Shown piece after piece: positions 60,449-64,000 of a DNA stretch of 64,000 nucleotides. The notes under the pieces are model-generated. The model did no database searches. It saw only the letters and a list, made by a program, of their open reading frames with translations, and was not told the DNA's origin. Numbering within the stretch: position 1 is the first letter of the stretch; every line of letters starts with the position of its first letter. Location of the stretch: the NCBI GenBank assembly GCA_046563655.1, contig CM102289.1, positions 1,054,001 to 1,118,000 of the forward strand. The letters are read 5' to 3'. The DNA comes from Yuukianura sp. NJ FZ-2021. Lineage: Eukaryota. The position numbers were made by a program, and so were the translations under genes.

Positions 60449-60850
60449 GGCTGGAGATCCACCGGCTTTAATGAACCGTATTAATTTGGAGCCTATTTCT
60501 TTTGCACCTAAAAAATTGTCTACTTTTTGATTAGCAAAAGTTTTAGAGTTCGTGATAAATGCTTTCAGTTTTTGGAACTTCATTTAAATTATATATAAAC
60601 AAAGTCGGCATTTCGTGTAGAACAAAGTTTGGGAAATAAAAGCTACGCCCATTGATCGTTGCATGACGTCGGACTGGTTAAAAAATTATTTTTATTTCAT
60701 GGAATAGAAACCTATTTTAACTACACATTGACTTTTGCAGTTCCACTTTAAACGTATCTTTATTTGATTTGAACAATGCAACTACTATAACTAAAACGTC
60801 GTTATAATAACCACAAAAGTTTGGTTTAAACAAAAAATAAAACTTTGAAA

Positions 60851-62467
60851 ATGTGTTTGTTTTGGCTAAAGCTTTTTGTAAAGATGGCTCTCATTTTACG
60901 GATGGCAGAATCAGGAATCTACGAAGACCCGACAAGTTCGGAGGAATCAGAATCATCGGAGGAATCAGCAATTTCAGAGGAATCAAATGCTACTGTCCAT
61001 ATTTTGAATTTGCATCAACTGATAGATCAGTTTCCACACAGTGACAATTTGGTAATTGCTGAAAATCATCAATTCCAAATTACTTCGAGCTTTGCCGTTC
61101 CCATAAAGTTGTATTACATGCAGCACAGAAATGGGACTCTGGAACTTCCCTTTAATCGCCTTCATGTGATAAACCTCATGCACATTTCTGGTAACAAACT
61201 AAACCATTTCGCCATTTTCCTCATTTTTCCCAAAAGTATTTACGGAAAACCGACCACAGCAGGGCCAATCGCCGGTTGGTTGCGGCCTGAGAAAGATGAT
61301 TATGTGAGAACAATTGGCATTTCTATTCATCTTGTTGGTCTCAACTCCGATAAACAAGGTGAATGGCTACTAACAAATTTTCGCCCTTTTGCATTCCTAT
61401 TTAAACACAAACTAGAACGACATTCTCAAAAACTTGAAATTTTAAAAGAAAATGCTGACCCGGAGTTGTACATAATTTCCAAAATATTATTTTGCGTCAT
61501 AAGAGATGGCGGTTATCGGTGGTTTCGTAAATTTTACTGGATGAACACAACGAAAGCGCTGCTTGGCAACAGCTTTAGCCAAATGACAACAACTGTGGAA
61601 GAAGAGGCAAGAAATAGTTTTTACAGGCCAGATGAAAATGTAACGGACGGAAAAACTCCAGTTTCCAAAATTTTGAATCCTTTCAAAATGCATGAACTTG
61701 TACCAAAGACAGTTGATTTTCACGCGTACATCGAAATGGTTTTACATTACAAAGGGCGTATTTTCGTTTCGACTGATAAAAAGACATTAACGGCTAAAAT
61801 GTTATCGAGGAGGCACCAATATGGTCTTAGTTTAGTATATCCTAATCGACTCGCTCAAATTTTACAATTTTACCCAATTAAGGAAGAGAGGATAAATTTC
61901 TTAACTTGTGATGGAGTTAGTGACATGGTCACTTTTCAAATTTATGCAAAGCCATACACAACATACGCTTGGAGTGGAATATTAGGAACAGTAGTTTTGC
62001 TAATAATTTTTGCAACTTTGGTAGCACATGTGCAATCTCCTAAGATATCTCCAATTTTCGTTTGTTTTCACTTTTTATTTATATTTTTTGGAAGTCTGCT
62101 TGAAATTTCTTCTACACCTCAACGCAACATAGCCCGAAATTGCGTCATATTTGTAATTACTTTGTGGTTTTTGTTGACAGTTATTTTGACAAATGGATAC
62201 AAAGGAGTAGTTGTTTCGTACTTGACTAGTGCTAAACCCATTACACAAATGTACACAAAGTTCAGTGATTTAGAGGACTTCGTTGTAATAACCAATGACT
62301 ATGATAACCTATATTTGACCTATAGAGTTAAGCTTTATTATATCCATAATTTTTTCCCAGAAGAACTTTCGACTCTGTCCTACTGTGAATGCAAAATTAA
62401 TTGGATGCGTACTACAGTCCCATTTGTTGATATTTCCGTTGAGATTTCTGGGAACACTGCCCTCAAG
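60851..62467 (+). pseudogene. Divergent ionotropic receptor paralog of 48762-51729, interrupted by a foldback element
   Basis: Collinear with the paralog up to GNTALK (ENTAFK), then runs into repeat DNA. Confidence 0.75.
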
Positions 62468-64000
62468 TATGGAGGGATATTAGTAGCAAAACTATTTTAC
62501 TTTCCCCCGCCAATTAAAGTTTCCCGAATTAAAAAAGTTAACTTTCCCCCATTTATTTAATTGGCGAAAAGTTAATTTAATTGGGGAAACTTTAATCGGC
62601 GAAAAGTTAATCGGGGAAACTTTAATCGGCGAAAAGTTAATCGGGGAAACTTTAATTGGCGAAAAGTTTATTGGGGAAACTTTAATCGGCGAAAAAGTCT
62701 AAGCGTACGGTAAAAAGCGTACGCTTAGAAAACGTACGCTTAGAACAATTGGGAGAAAAGTCTAAGCGTACAGTAAAAAGCGTACGCTTAGAGAACGTAC
62801 GCTTAGAACCAATTGGGGAGAAAAGTCTAAGCGTACAGTAAAAAGCGTACGCTTAGAAAAGCGTACGCTTAGACAAATACTGATATAACTAAATATAACC
62901 TTACTCGAAACGATTAAAATTTGCATTCTATAAATTACAGAATATATTGATTATGTTGATTACAGAATATTATTTATTTTTATTATAAAATATGAATCTT
63001 ACAAATACTTTATTTCTCATATGCTTTCCTACGGTTTTGAAAAATGTATGGCGCCATAATTTAAATGATGTCTTCGTGATGCCATTATTAAGTAGCGAAA
63101 GTATGAGCTACTTTATGTTTTTCCCCGGGTCTGTCTGTCCGTCTGTGCGTCTGTCCATCTGTCTGCTGGTCAAGCTAGCTCTGGAACCGCTGGACCGATC
63201 TTCAATCTGTTTTCACATTTGCGTTTCACATGTTCTAGGGGTGCTTAATCAGTGTCCAGCTTGACCGGAAGTTGTCCAGGTCAAAGGTGAAATACTTTAA
63301 TGACGGAAATCGCACAAATGACCTCTACAAAAGTTGTTTATCTCATTGGGCGTAACAGCTTTTATAAAGGTGACCTTGACAATTGATCTACGGTTACAGA
63401 GATACAGACGATAAAAGTTGCAAAATTGCGACCCTCGTCCTACTCGGCGAATCATGACCTACTTTATGTTTTTCCCGGAGTATGTCTGTCTGTCCGTCTG
63501 CCTGTCTGCACTATAACTATACCTCCGAAACCCCTGGACCTATTTGCAATCTGTCTTCGTCATCCAGTTTGGCATAGCCTGGGGGGTGATTAATAAGGCT
63601 CCGGTTTGACCGGAAGTACACAATTTCTGGGTTGTGCACTCTAGCGTCCTTACCCTACTTACGTACGGCGTTTACAACGGTTTATTTACATTAGTGAAGA
63701 CATCATTTAAATTATGCCGCCATACATTTTTCAAAACCGTAGGAAAGCATATGAGAAATAAAGTATTTGTAAGATTCATATTTTATAATAAAAATAAATA
63801 ATATTCTGTAATCAACATAATCAATATATTCTGTAATTTATAGAATGCAAATTTTAATCGTTTCGAGTAAGGTTATATTTAGTTATATCAGTATTTGTCT
63901 AAGCGTACGCTTTTCTAAGCGTACGCTTTTTACTGTACGCTTAGACTTTTCTCCCCAATTGGTTCTAAGCGTACGTTCTCTAAGCGTACGTTTTTTACTG
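62468..64000. mobile_element. Large foldback element (runs off the window) with a nested GTCT-microsatellite repeat
   Basis: ~29-bp tandem repeats (62560-62695); AAGCGTACGCTT palindromes; near-perfect ~300-bp inverted arms at ~62771-63075 and ~63697-64000; central direct repeats CTACTTTATGTTTTTCCC..TGTCTGTC at ~63108 and ~63459. Confidence 0.8.

Overview
AT-rich, intron-containing arthropod DNA. The gene repertoire (divergent ionotropic receptors, expanded GR/OR-like 7TM receptors, microbial-type enzymes) suggests a springtail (Collembola), but that is an inference. The left ~24 kb holds a carboxylesterase, an ionotropic receptor, an alpha-arrestin, ZDHHC16, a short asp/ASPM-like gene hosting two candidate H/ACA snoRNAs, a frameshifted microbial-type cupin, a CUB-like secreted protein, a GR pseudogene and several MITEs. 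The main feature (about 25-60.5 kb) is an interleaved cluster of three intact microbial-type class I terpene synthase (TPS) genes on the minus strand and six soluble, bacterial/mite-type UDP-glycosyltransferase (UGT) genes on the plus strand. Two TPS/UGT pairs are head-to-head, and chemoreceptor genes lie next to and within the array. This looks like an animal biosynthetic gene cluster for terpenoid glycosides. One UGT is disrupted by a full-length BEL/Pao LTR retrotransposon, and UGT paralogs differ at the sugar-donor residue (DQ/DH/DN). A family of short elements carrying a tRNA-like cloverleaf occurs five times; two copies show TG..CA-type ends with 4-bp target duplications. All exon boundaries were read by eye from GT-AG sites and frame continuity. 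No database searches were run.
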